Assembly (NCBI RefSeq): GCF_000009705.1 | Contig: NC_003272.1 | Location: forward strand, 3,270,001 to 3,302,000 | Length of the DNA stretch: 32,000 nucleotides | DNA from: Nostoc sp. PCC 7120 = FACHB-418 | GTDB lineage: Bacteria; Cyanobacteriota; Cyanobacteriia; Cyanobacteriales; Nostocaceae | Reading direction: 5' to 3' | Shown: in pieces, positions 1 through 8,907 of the stretch | Numbering within the stretch: position 1 is the first letter of the stretch | Layout of the letters: each line of letters begins with the position of its first letter | Position numbers and translations under genes: made by a program | Notes under the pieces: model-generated | Seen by the model: the letters and a program-made list of their open reading frames with translations, nothing else | Database searches by the model: none | Told to the model about the DNA's origin: nothing

Positions 1-3000
1 TAGATTTAATTTATTGTTTCAGAAATTTACCCAAGTTTTTACTACTGCTGAACATCCATTAGTGATATTTTTAGATGATTTACAATGGGCAGATTCAGCA
101 TCACTAAAGTTAATGCAACTCTTAATGGCTGATACAGGTCATCTTTTTTTAATTGGTGCTTATCGTGATAATGAAGTTAGCCCAGTCCATCCACTAATGG
201 TGACTTTAAATCAGATTGAAAAAACAGCAACAATAATTAATACAATTACTTTATCAGCATTAACTCAAAGACAAATAAATCAATTAATTGCTGACACATT
301 TAAATGTACAGAAGATTTGGCACTACCTCTTTCTGCATTGATATTTCAGAAAACTCAAGGTAATCCATTTTTTGCTACCCAATTGTTAAAACAATTATAT
401 CAAGATAAGTTGATTGACTTTAATTTTCAATCTGGATTTTGGCAATGTGATATTGCAAAAGTAAAGAACCAAGTTGTTACAGATGATGTTGTAGAATTTA
501 TGGTAGCTCAATTACGGCGACTACCTGAAGCTACTCAAAAAGTTTTACAGCTAGCTGCTTGTATTGGGAATCAATTTGATTTAGCAACCTTGGCAATAGT
601 TTCAGAACAATCAAAAATAGAAACGGCAGCTAGTTTATGCAAAGCTTTACAAGAAGGATTAATTTTACCTCTGAGTGAAATTTATAAATTTTATCAGGAT
701 TCATCATTAGAAAATACTGAACACACAGCGAAGAATATAGAAGCGCAATTAGCTGCATTTAATGTAGAAGAAAAAACAACTATATATAAATTTTTGCATG
801 ATCGTGTCCAACAAGCTGCCTCTTATCTGATTCCAGAAGAACAGAAACAGTTAACACATTTGAAAGTGGGGCAATTACTTTTAGAAAATACACCCTTAGC
901 CCAGCAGTCAGAGCGAATTTTTGAGATTGTTGGTCAGTTAAATTGTGCAATTCCACTCATTACTGAGCAAAAAAAATGTCAACAATTAGCTCAACTAAAT
1001 CTCAATGCAGGTCGCAAAGCTAAAGAAGCAATTGCTTATAGTGCATCTCTACAATATTTTAATCAGGGCATTGAGTTAATAATTAGTGATGGCTGGAAAA
1101 ATGCTCATGATTTGACGCTAAATTTATATCAAGATGCTGCTGAGGCAGCCTTTCTGAATAATGAATTTGAACAGATGGAATCCCTGATTGAAGTGGTGAT
1201 TCAAGAAGCGAAAAATCTCTTAGATAAAGTCAAAGTTCATGAGATTCAGCTACAGTCTTATCAGGTGCAGGGGCAGATGCTTAAAGCCATCAAAATTGGA
1301 TGCAAAACCCTTCAAGAATTGGGCATAGTCTTATCTGAAGATATTACATCTCATGACATTAATCAAGCCATAGAAAACACATTATTAATATTAGGTAATC
1401 GCCAAATTGAAAGCTTGATTGATTTACCTATGATGATTGAGCCTCAAGCTCTATTTGCCCTAAAAATTATGATTAGCCTGACTCCCTCTGTACATCAGGC
1501 TGCCCCTCAGCTATTTCCTATAATTGCCTGTGAACAAGTTAATTTATCGCTTAAATACGGCAATGCTGCACTCTCAGCACCAGGATATGCAGACTTTGCA
1601 ATTGTCTTGAATGCTGTATTCAACGAATTAGACAAAGGCTATGAATTCGGACAGTTAGCATTAAAAATTGTCGATAAGTTTGCAGCAAAATATGTTCAGA
1701 GTATGACTAGCTTCAAAGTAGCTGCATTTAATCAAATTAATAAATTACATATTCGAGATGCAATCAATTTATTAAAAGAATCTTATAGTTTTGGTTTAGA
1801 ATTTGGAGATTTTGTACATATAATAGTAGCAACGTTTTTCCGACTTTTTTATACTTATTTAACCAGTAGTGAAAAATTAGATGACTTGCTAAAAGAAATT
1901 AAAATGTACGAGGTAAATTTTGCAAGTAGTCAATCTTTCTCAATCAGATTTAGGATGCTGCGGCAAAGTATTGAAATTCTGACTGGTGTTAGTCATGATT
2001 CTGATTTATTGATGGATGAACACTGGAATGAGGAAAATATTTTACCTATTTTACTACAAGAGAATGATGAATTCACATTCCATGAATTTTATTTAATTAA
2101 GTTAATAAACAGCTATTTATTTAATGATAGTCTCACTGCTGTTCACTATGCAGAGCAAGGAGATAGCCATCTTAAAGGCGGTGCAGGAATGCTATCTGTA
2201 TCTGTCTTTTATTACTACGATTCTTTGGCTCGTTTAGCTCTTTATTCTCAAGTTGAACCCTCTGAACAAACAAGGTTACTTTTGCGGGTTGACGAAAATC
2301 AGCAACACCTAAAACTTCGGGCTACAGTTGCACCAATGAATTTTCAGCATAAGTTTGATTTAGTGGAAGCAGAGCGTCATCGGGCATTAGGGCAACGATT
2401 TGAGGCAATTGATCTATATGAAAGTGCGATCGCTGGAGCTAAAGCAAACGAATATATTCTGGAAGAAGCTTTGGCTAACGAACTAGCAGCTAAATTTTAC
2501 CTGGAATGGGGTAAGGAAAAAGTGGCTCAAGCATATATGCAGGAAGCATACTACTGCTACTTTTCCTGGGGGGCAAAAGCAAAAACCGAGGACTTAGAAA
2601 AACGCTATCCCCACCTGCTCCAACCGATTTTACAACAGCAACGAATCAACTTTCACCCCTTGGAAACTATTTCCTGGAGTGGAACTTCCTTATCCATTCA
2701 CACTTCAAATGCTGACAGCACCAGTATTTCCAATATGCTGGATTTTTCCTCTATCCTCAAAGCTGCTCAAGCTATTTCCAGTTCTCTAAAACTAGATCAA
2801 CTGATTGCCAATCTCACCCGCATTATCCTAGAAAACTCTGGGGCGAAGAAATCTGCACTCATTCTTCTCCAAGAAAATACTTGGCAAGTTAAGGCAATTA
2901 CCTTGATTAATCATGAGCAAATACAACCGATTTTTGAATCACAATCACTAGATACTTGTCAAGATATTCCTGTAAATATTATCAACTACGTTAAAAATAC

Positions 3001-4534
3001 TCGGCAAACAGTTGTGATAGACAACTGCAAAACAGATATCCCTGGTTTAATGGGGGAATATATGCAGCAAATACAACCCCAGAGTGTATTATCTACTCCC
3101 ATTATTAATCAAGGGCGTTTGGTGGGGGTTCTTTACTTAGAAAATAAACTCACTCAAGGGGTATTTACGCGCGATCGCCTTTCTGTGATCAATTTCCTCT
3201 GCACTCAAGCTGCGATTGCATTGGAAAATGCTCAATTATATAACCATCTGCAAGAGCGAGAACAGTTCCTCAGTAGTATTTATGAAGGTATTGGCTGTCT
3301 GGTATTTGTGATTGATGTCCGGGATAATGGTAGGCTTGAGTACACAGGATGGAGCAAATCTTGCGAACTAGCGATTGGTATACCGACTAGTGAAGTACTG
3401 GGCAAAACTCCACAAGAATTAATGGCTCCCGATCAAGGTGCAGCAGTGGAGCAAAAATATTTGCGTTGTTTCCAAACCGGCATACCCATCACCTATGAGG
3501 AATGCCTAACATTTAATGATCAGGAAACTTGGTGGTTAACCACACTCAGTCCATTAAAAGATGAGACGGACAAAGTTTATCGCCTAGTTGGGACAACGAT
3601 TAATATTAGCGAACAGCAAGCTGCACTTCGTGAACGCAAACAAGCTGAAGAAGCTGTAACAGAGAAATCACAAGCACTCGAAACAGCGTTAGAAGATTTA
3701 CAACAAGCACAATTACAAATTGTTCAGAGTGAGAAAATGTCTGCATTGGGAAATTTAGTAGCCGGTGTAGCCCATGAAATGAATAATCCTTTGGGCTTTA
3801 TTTCTGCGACTCTCAAACAAACTAAACCCAATTTTACTGATATAATTGGACACTTGCAACTCTATCAAGAATTAATAGAAAATCCAGGTGATGAAATTCA
3901 AGACCATGCTGAAGAAATTGACCTAGATTATCTTTTAGAAGACTTACCTAAAACGATAGATGCAATGGTTATGGCGTGTGACAGACTGAAAAATATTAGT
4001 ACTAGTCTTCGCACTTTTTCCCGCGCAGATAAAGACTATAAAGTACCTTTTAATCTTCATCAAGGTATTGACAGTACCATTCTTATTCTCAAACATCGTT
4101 TCAAAGCCAATGATAAACGCCCAGCAATTGAAGTCATAACTGAGTATGGAGATTTACCCCTAATTGAATGTTTTCCTGGGCAATTAAATCAGGTATTTAT
4201 GAACATTCTAGCCAATGCCATTGATGCACTTGATGAATCAAATACTGGACGAAGTTTTGCAGATATTCAAGCCAAGCCTAACCGCATCTTGATTACAACA
4301 TTAATGGTAGATAAATGTGTAAATATTTCAATATCTGATAATGGTAAAGGAATGACTAAAGAAGTCCAAGAGAAAATCTTTGACCATTTATTTACTACAA
4401 AAGCTGTAGGTAAAGGTACTGGATTGGGATTGGCGATCGCTCGGCAAATTGTAGAAGAAACTCACAACGGTAAATTGAGTTGTCACTCTATTTTGGGTGA
4501 GGGTACAGACTTTATGATAGAGATTCCAGTGTGA
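1..4534 (+). CDS. Multidomain sensor histidine kinase, 5'-partial (AAA_16/STAND ATPase, helical region, GAF, PAS, HisKA, HATPase_c)
   Basis: The frame is open from nt 2 to the stop at 4534, so the N-terminus lies outside the window. Motifs seen: FLDDLQWADSASLKL (AAA_16-type ATPase), a GAF-like block ending LVGVLYLENK, a PAS-like block, H-box VAGVAHEMNNP, and ATP-binding boxes DNGKGM and GKGTGLGLAIA. Confidence 0.85.
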   Translation, partial: RFNLLFQKFTQVFTTAEHPLVIFLDDLQWADSASLKLMQLLMADTGHLFLIGAYRDNEVSPVHPLMVTLNQIEKTATIINTITLSALTQRQINQLIADTFKCTEDLALPLSALIFQKTQGNPFFATQLLKQLYQDKLIDFNFQSGFWQCDIAKVKNQVVTDDVVEFMVAQLRRLPEATQKVLQLAACIGNQFDLATLAIVSEQSKIETAASLCKALQEGLILPLSEIYKFYQDSSLENTEHTAKNIEAQLAAFNVEEKTTIYKFLHDRVQQAASYLIPEEQKQLTHLKVGQLLLENTPLAQQSERIFEIVGQLNCAIPLITEQKKCQQLAQLNLNAGRKAKEAIAYSASLQYFNQGIELIISDGWKNAHDLTLNLYQDAAEAAFLNNEFEQMESLIEVVIQEAKNLLDKVKVHEIQLQSYQVQGQMLKAIKIGCKTLQELGIVLSEDITSHDINQAIENTLLILGNRQIESLIDLPMMIEPQALFALKIMISLTPSVHQAAPQLFPIIACEQVNLSLKYGNAALSAPGYADFAIVLNAVFNELDKGYEFGQLALKIVDKFAAKYVQSMTSFKVAAFNQINKLHIRDAINLLKESYSFGLEFGDFVHIIVATFFRLFYTYLTSSEKLDDLLKEIKMYEVNFASSQSFSIRFRMLRQSIEILTGVSHDSDLLMDEHWNEENILPILLQENDEFTFHEFYLIKLINSYLFNDSLTAVHYAEQGDSHLKGGAGMLSVSVFYYYDSLARLALYSQVEPSEQTRLLLRVDENQQHLKLRATVAPMNFQHKFDLVEAERHRALGQRFEAIDLYESAIAGAKANEYILEEALANELAAKFYLEWGKEKVAQAYMQEAYYCYFSWGAKAKTEDLEKRYPHLLQPILQQQRINFHPLETISWSGTSLSIHTSNADSTSISNMLDFSSILKAAQAISSSLKLDQLIANLTRIILENSGAKKSALILLQENTWQVKAITLINHEQIQPIFESQSLDTCQDIPVNIINYVKNTRQTVVIDNCKTDIPGLMGEYMQQIQPQSVLSTPIINQGRLVGVLYLENKLTQGVFTRDRLSVINFLCTQAAIALENAQLYNHLQEREQFLSSIYEGIGCLVFVIDVRDNGRLEYTGWSKSCELAIGIPTSEVLGKTPQELMAPDQGAAVEQKYLRCFQTGIPITYEECLTFNDQETWWLTTLSPLKDETDKVYRLVGTTINISEQQAALRERKQAEEAVTEKSQALETALEDLQQAQLQIVQSEKMSALGNLVAGVAHEMNNPLGFISATLKQTKPNFTDIIGHLQLYQELIENPGDEIQDHAEEIDLDYLLEDLPKTIDAMVMACDRLKNISTSLRTFSRADKDYKVPFNLHQGIDSTILILKHRFKANDKRPAIEVITEYGDLPLIECFPGQLNQVFMNILANAIDALDESNTGRSFADIQAKPNRILITTLMVDKCVNISISDNGKGMTKEVQEKIFDHLFTTKAVGKGTGLGLAIARQIVEETHNGKLSCHSILGEGTDFMIEIPV

Positions 4535-4883
4535 GTTATGGTGGATGTAATTTGCATAGAAACAGCAACGCAGTGATTGTGACTCAATTCTTACTAGGAG
4601 ACTCGTCATATTCTTCATACATAATTTTTACTCTAGCTTTTTACTATCCCATGTTATTTATATTAAGGATGATTCTATTGCATCCACATTTGTCAAACCC
4701 ATTTACACTAGGTATTTACCATTTGCGGATGAGTCTAATATAATAAGCATTATGCTAATGTACATAAGTTTTAATAATGTTTAAGTATTTATAAATAAGT
4801 AATACTTGGTTTAAATTGCTCGATTATGGCATACAATGGCAGAATGCCATAAAAAAATAAAAAAAATAATTAAAAGTTAATTC

Positions 4884-4956
4884 GGGGTTATAGCTCAGTT
4901 GGTAGAGCACTTCAATGGCATTGAAGGGGTCAGCGGTTCGAATCCGCTTAACTCCA
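4884..4956 (+). tRNA. tRNA-Ala (anticodon GGC)
   Basis: A 73-nt cloverleaf folds by hand. Acceptor stem GGGGTTA/TAACTCC carries the G3:U70 Ala identity pair. D-arm is GCTC-AGTTGGTA-GAGC. Anticodon stem is CTTCA/TGAAG with loop ATGGCAT, placing GGC at 4917-4919. T-arm is AGCGG-TTCGAAT-CCGCT. The discriminator is A and CCA is not encoded. Confidence 0.95.
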
Positions 4957-4958
4957 TT

Positions 4959-5116
4959 TGTACATTAAATATTTATTGTCAGTTTTAAAGAATTATTGTC
5001 CAATTTTACCCTGTGAAGAGACATGAATTGCGTGTTTCCTTGACTTTCAGCAGTTAATTCAGTTTCAAAGAATTATTGTCCAAAGTTGAAACCAGTTTTA
5101 AAGAATTATTGTCCAA
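4959..5116 (+). repeat. tRNA-proximal transposon end (LE-like) with putative TnsB binding sites
   Basis: The terminal sequence TGTACATTAAATATTTATTGTCAG runs 4959-4982. It is followed by three direct copies of CAGTTT(T/C)AAAGAATTATTGTCCAA at 4980-5003, 5060-5083 and 5093-5116. The terminal TGTACA matches my recollection of the ShCAST ends. Confidence 0.6.
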
Positions 5117-5287
5117 AAAGTAAGTTGGAAGGTTTAAGCAGGAAAAATCCAGTAATTTAAGCGACGCAAGTGTCAGTTAAATACACAGTTGCTTTTAGTA
5201 CCAAAGTCTATAGTTTAGTTTTGGCTAAACAGCCGACCACAATATAAACAATCTAAAAGTCACCCTGCTTTAGGCTTAAAGCTTATA

Positions 5288-6320
5288 ACTTTACGCGATG
5301 TGCGACTTATTGTTTCGTTACACAAGTTCGGTGTATGAACGATTGAAAAGAAAATTCCCACAATCCGCACTGGAGCGAGAAAATCGTTACCAGTGAATGG
5401 AATGCGGGAAAAATGTTTTCTATTGAAGAGTTTATCATTGCCGTATTTTGCTGTGTTGACGACGTGCTGATGGAAATCACCCAGATATACCCAATCAAGA
5501 GACGAGGTTTTGCTCCGAGTTTAAGGGAGAGTGAAGTTTTAACAATGGAAGTAGTGGCAGAGTTTTTGGGAATAGATGCTGACAAAGACATTTGGAAATA
5601 CTTTCACCGTCACTGGTTAGGGCTATTTCCTCAGTTAAAGAGTCGCTATGCTTTTATTCGTCAAGCAGCTAATTGTTGGCAGTACAAGGAACTCATACAA
5701 CAAAAATTAGCACAGTATTTAGGAGCATACTCTGATCAACTTCATTTGATTGATGGATTACCAATACCTTTGTGTGGCTTGAGTCGCGCTCCCAACTGCC
5801 GAAGTTTTAAATCCCTTGCAGATTATGGTTTTTGTGCTGCTAAAAAACAGACGTACTATGGGTTTCATGGGCATTTAATCGTTAGTGGCACAGGAGTTAT
5901 TAGTGGGTTTACCCTGACTCCGGCAAATGGCAGTGAACGGGACGCACTTTGGGATTTAATCACGCGAATTAAAGGTTTATTAATCGGAGATAAGGGCTAT
6001 TTAAGTCAGTTCTTGTCAGGAGAACTTAAAGAAGTGGGTATTACTTTACAAACCCCTTTGCGTTCTAATATGTCTGACTCTCGTAGCCGATCTTCAGTGC
6101 GATTAATGCAACGCTTTCGTCGCCTAATTGAAACAGTAATTGGTCAATTAGTTGAGAGATTTCATATAGAGAAGATTCGAGCGAGAGATATGTGGCATCT
6201 TACCAGTCGGCTCAATCGCAAGATTTTAGCTCATACCGTCTGTTTCTGGCTTAATCGCCACAATTGTGACCCTCTTCAGTTCGACGATCTTGTTACAGAA
6301 TATTAAGTCGCACATGGCGT
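5288..6320 (+). mobile_element. IS982-family insertion sequence, copy 1
   Basis: It is near-identical to 15411-16443 at a constant offset of 10123 nt, with only a few substitutions. Imperfect terminal inverted repeats are ACGCGATGTGCGACTTA (from 5293) and TAAGTCGCACATGGCGT (ending 6320). It has a single transposase ORF. No target-site duplication is visible. Confidence 0.8.
5413..6306 (+). CDS. IS982-family DDE transposase
   Basis: The 297-aa product has motifs I associate with IS982: LIDGLPIPLC, ADYGFCAAKKQTYYGFHGHL, TLTPANGSERD and LIGDKGY. Confidence 0.8.
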   Translation: MFSIEEFIIAVFCCVDDVLMEITQIYPIKRRGFAPSLRESEVLTMEVVAEFLGIDADKDIWKYFHRHWLGLFPQLKSRYAFIRQAANCWQYKELIQQKLAQYLGAYSDQLHLIDGLPIPLCGLSRAPNCRSFKSLADYGFCAAKKQTYYGFHGHLIVSGTGVISGFTLTPANGSERDALWDLITRIKGLLIGDKGYLSQFLSGELKEVGITLQTPLRSNMSDSRSRSSVRLMQRFRRLIETVIGQLVERFHIEKIRARDMWHLTSRLNRKILAHTVCFWLNRHNCDPLQFDDLVTEY

Positions 6321-6832
6321 GATTTTTGGTTATCTAGGTTTTGGCGGATGCCTTCAGAGACGGAAACGGTGCTGCGTTTAAGTTCGAGTACACCGATCGC
6401 AATACCATTAACATAAAGTACGATATCTGGGCGTTTGGTGTTTTCGCCTTTGACTGTGACTTCTTCGGCGATCGCAAAATCATTTTCTAGGGGTTTTTCC
6501 CAGTTGATCAGCCAAACGGTTTGGGTGTTCTCGCCAACTTCTTCTTTGACATTAACCCCATAGCGCAGGAGGCTATAAACTTGTTTGTTGATGTCATAAA
6601 GGCTTTTGCTTTGATCGCCTGCGACTTTGTTGAGTTCATACAAGGCTTTGGTGATCAGGCTGTTGCTGTAGCCTTGTTTGTCGCGTAGGAAGGTGCTGAG
6701 GATTTCCGTTTCGATGTTGCTGTTGTTAGGTCGGTCGTGCCAATCACCCAGATAGCGATATTTTAATTGTTGCTGGAATAGTTGCACAATGCGGTTTTGG
6801 GTTTGGCGTTCGCGTTGTCCGACCTTGCTCAT
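6321..6832 (-). pseudogene. hsdR: Type I restriction enzyme R subunit, N-terminal fragment truncated by IS982 copy 1
   Basis: The N-terminus MSKVGQRERQTQNRIVQLFQ...RPDIVLYVNGIAIGVLELKRSTVSVSEGIRQNLDNQK is typical of HsdR. After about 171 codons the frame runs into the IS inverted repeat and stops. No helicase domains follow anywhere in the window. Confidence 0.8.
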
Positions 6833-6935
6833 AGCAACTCTCTCACTGTGATAATCACGGATTTACTCAGCTTTAAATATGACACTGTTAATCAAACTAT
6901 GTCATCTCTATTTGTGTCATCCGTGAATTTTCTGT

Positions 6936-7340
6936 CTAGCTTAATGTTTGTAACCAGGAAGTACCTGTGAGATTGGTATCGACTGTAGCTAAGGTCAACT
7001 GGTGGTGAACTGCGGTAGCAGCAATAAAGCGATCGCCTGGGTCTTGATGTGGTAGCTGAATCTGACGGCTTAAAATAGCGATGTGGCGGTTAAGTGGAGC
7101 TTCACGAATTTCTAGGGTATTTAAGGCTAAATCGACCCATGCAACTGGATTAGGCTGTAAAGATATTCGTCCTTTTTCTGCTAAAAGTAGCGTTTCCCAG
7201 ATACTAATTGGACTGAGCCAAAGTTCGGTTGTTGTTGCTGCAATAGTGGTTTGAAGCCCAGGAGATAGGCGTTCGTTACCCAGCAAATACCAAAGCCAGA
7301 TGTGGGTATCAAGTAATAGCTTCACTGGAGTGCTTCCCAT
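6936..7340 (-). CDS. vapC: PIN-domain toxin, VapC family
   Basis: Motifs seen are LLLDTHIWLW and DPGDRFIAATAV. It lies directly downstream of, and overlapping, a small antitoxin gene. An alternative GTG start at 7325 gives the classic 4-nt GTGA overlap with the antitoxin stop. Confidence 0.85.
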   Translation of the reverse strand: MGSTPVKLLLDTHIWLWYLLGNERLSPGLQTTIAATTTELWLSPISIWETLLLAEKGRISLQPNPVAWVDLALNTLEIREAPLNRHIAILSRQIQLPHQDPGDRFIAATAVHHQLTLATVDTNLTGTSWLQTLS

Positions 7341-7558
7341 GTGGCAGCAGGGATTACTGGAGCAATTACGTCTCCCAATATTTCGCCGCTACCCTTCATT
7401 GCGCCAAATGCTGGGCGTTGGGGTTGAGGGGTGGCGGGATAGATAATGACTAAGGGTTCCCCGTCATGGGTGACGGTTACGGGTGTTTTAGTGCGTTGTA
7501 TTTCTGCAAATATTTGTTGCAGGGTTTCAGGCAGTTCGCTGGTAGCAATGTGTTCCAT
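7322..7558 (-). CDS. Type II antitoxin (Phd/YefM-like)
   Basis: The 78-aa ORF is translationally coupled to vapC. The segment TPVTVTHDGEPLVIIYP resembles Phd/YefM-type antitoxins. Confidence 0.7.
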   Translation of the reverse strand: MEHIATSELPETLQQIFAEIQRTKTPVTVTHDGEPLVIIYPATPQPQRPAFGAMKGSGEILGDVIAPVIPAATWEALQ

Positions 7559-7623
7559 AGTAAGGTTTAGCTTTTGTTCTTGCTTCTATTCTAGAGATTG
7601 GCGGTTGAAAACTCTAACGTTGA

Positions 7624-8907
7624 TCAAGAACTGCAAATTAGTCTCGTTTTTCCGGTGAGAAGTTCTTGCATCATGCCCTGTTTTATGGCTTTGTATTTAT
7701 CGCGCTTTTGTTCTAAGGCTGCGATTTCTGTATCCATGTCGCTGAGGATTTGGGCGATCGCTTTTTGTTCAGGGAGAGAAGAGACGGGAATTTTAAATTT
7801 ACTAATCCCTTTTACAGTTAATTGTGGTTGTGCGCTTCCAAATACAGCCCTATCAATCTGAGTTTGGAAAAGATGTGATTTCAAAAAACTATAAAGATAA
7901 CTATTGTCTAAATTCTTATCTTCACTTCTTAAAATTACCATTCCCGAATTTATCCGAATATTTTCAAAGGGGACAGAATAATCAAAAAATGCAATATTAC
8001 CTACAGTCCCACGAGTTGTTAACACCACATCTTTTTTACATAGCTTTCCATTTCCTAATAAATTATCTTTTTCCTTTGTTATAAAAGTACAATCCGAAAA
8101 CTTAAACCCTCCTTTTGTGACATTTTTGGCACTTAAAAACAAGCAATATCCATTGTCAAAAAGCTCATCATTGCTTGGATAATTATCTCCTCTATCTCCA
8201 TCTACCACTTTTAGAACTTGCTCAAATTCCTCCACCTCCCACTCGCCACTAAAACCCGGCAAGCGTTTCTCTCCCGTGAGGAGTTGCTGCATCGTGCCTT
8301 GCTTGGTGTTGTGCTTTTTGGCGATGATGCGATCGCACTCTGTAATCAGGGCATCGACATCACTGAGGGATTGGGCGATCGCTTCTTGTTCTTCTATTGT
8401 TGGAGGGATAGGAATTGAAATTTCACCTATTTGTTTTAGAGACAGAAACGGTTGCGCTCCTCCACTTAGAAGCTGATTGGTAATTCTAAATTTATTAAGA
8501 GAAAGACAATAATTTAAATAAGAACCGATTAAATTATTCTTATCAGGTTTTAATAATGCAACATTTTTAAGGCTAAATTCATATTCAACATCGATTAGTG
8601 CAGTTGTAGCTACTCCTGCACCGATGTTTACCATAAGCACATCATTCTTTTCTGGATTACATCGTTTGTAAATACTTTCATGTATACTTTGGGGCAAATA
8701 ATAGCAATTATTGAAATCAATAAAACCCTCTTTCACATGAATAGCAGTTAAAAATGGTATTCCTTGAGCAAGTGGTTTTGGTGTATCGTGAGTTCCGTCT
8801 GTAATTTTATTACAACATTCTACTAACTTTCTTATCTTCCAATCATTAGGTACGATTCCAAACTCTGTTTTTTGATAGCTTTCAGGAAAATTTGTTTTCA
8901 TAACCAC
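7624..8907 (-). CDS. hsdS: Type I restriction-modification specificity subunit
   Basis: The 427-aa product has two target-recognition halves, each followed by a conserved helix (EQEAIAQSLSDVDALI and EQKAIAQILSDMDTEIAALEQ). It overlaps the hsdM stop. Confidence 0.9.
   Translation of the reverse strand: MVMKTNFPESYQKTEFGIVPNDWKIRKLVECCNKITDGTHDTPKPLAQGIPFLTAIHVKEGFIDFNNCYYLPQSIHESIYKRCNPEKNDVLMVNIGAGVATTALIDVEYEFSLKNVALLKPDKNNLIGSYLNYCLSLNKFRITNQLLSGGAQPFLSLKQIGEISIPIPPTIEEQEAIAQSLSDVDALITECDRIIAKKHNTKQGTMQQLLTGEKRLPGFSGEWEVEEFEQVLKVVDGDRGDNYPSNDELFDNGYCLFLSAKNVTKGGFKFSDCTFITKEKDNLLGNGKLCKKDVVLTTRGTVGNIAFFDYSVPFENIRINSGMVILRSEDKNLDNSYLYSFLKSHLFQTQIDRAVFGSAQPQLTVKGISKFKIPVSSLPEQKAIAQILSDMDTEIAALEQKRDKYKAIKQGMMQELLTGKTRLICSS

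Noticed and set aside
4388-4743. Small ORFs at 4388-4618 (minus) and 4531-4743 (plus) at the kinase 3' end.
   Set aside because: They overlap the kinase C-terminus or AT-rich intergenic DNA. Their hydrophobic low-complexity sequences have no start context or motifs.
4826-4860. The inverted repeat ATGGCAT-n11-ATGCCAT followed by an A-run upstream of the tRNA was considered as a terminator.
   Set aside because: The run is A on the plus strand. On the minus strand the T-run would precede the hairpin rather than follow it. Neither strand fits a rho-independent terminator.
5084-5095. AAAGTTGAAACC resembles the GTTGAAAG 3' end of V-K CRISPR repeats and lies close to the tRNA-side end.
   Set aside because: It is simply the spacer between two TnsB-site-like repeats. 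The downstream sequence is the next repeat, not a tRNA-matching spacer, and the motif ends in C rather than G.
5307-5591. A minus-strand 94-aa ORF inside IS982, with a twin at 15430-15714.
   Set aside because: It is antisense to the IS leader and transposase start and has no recognisable motifs. It is duplicated only because the IS is duplicated.
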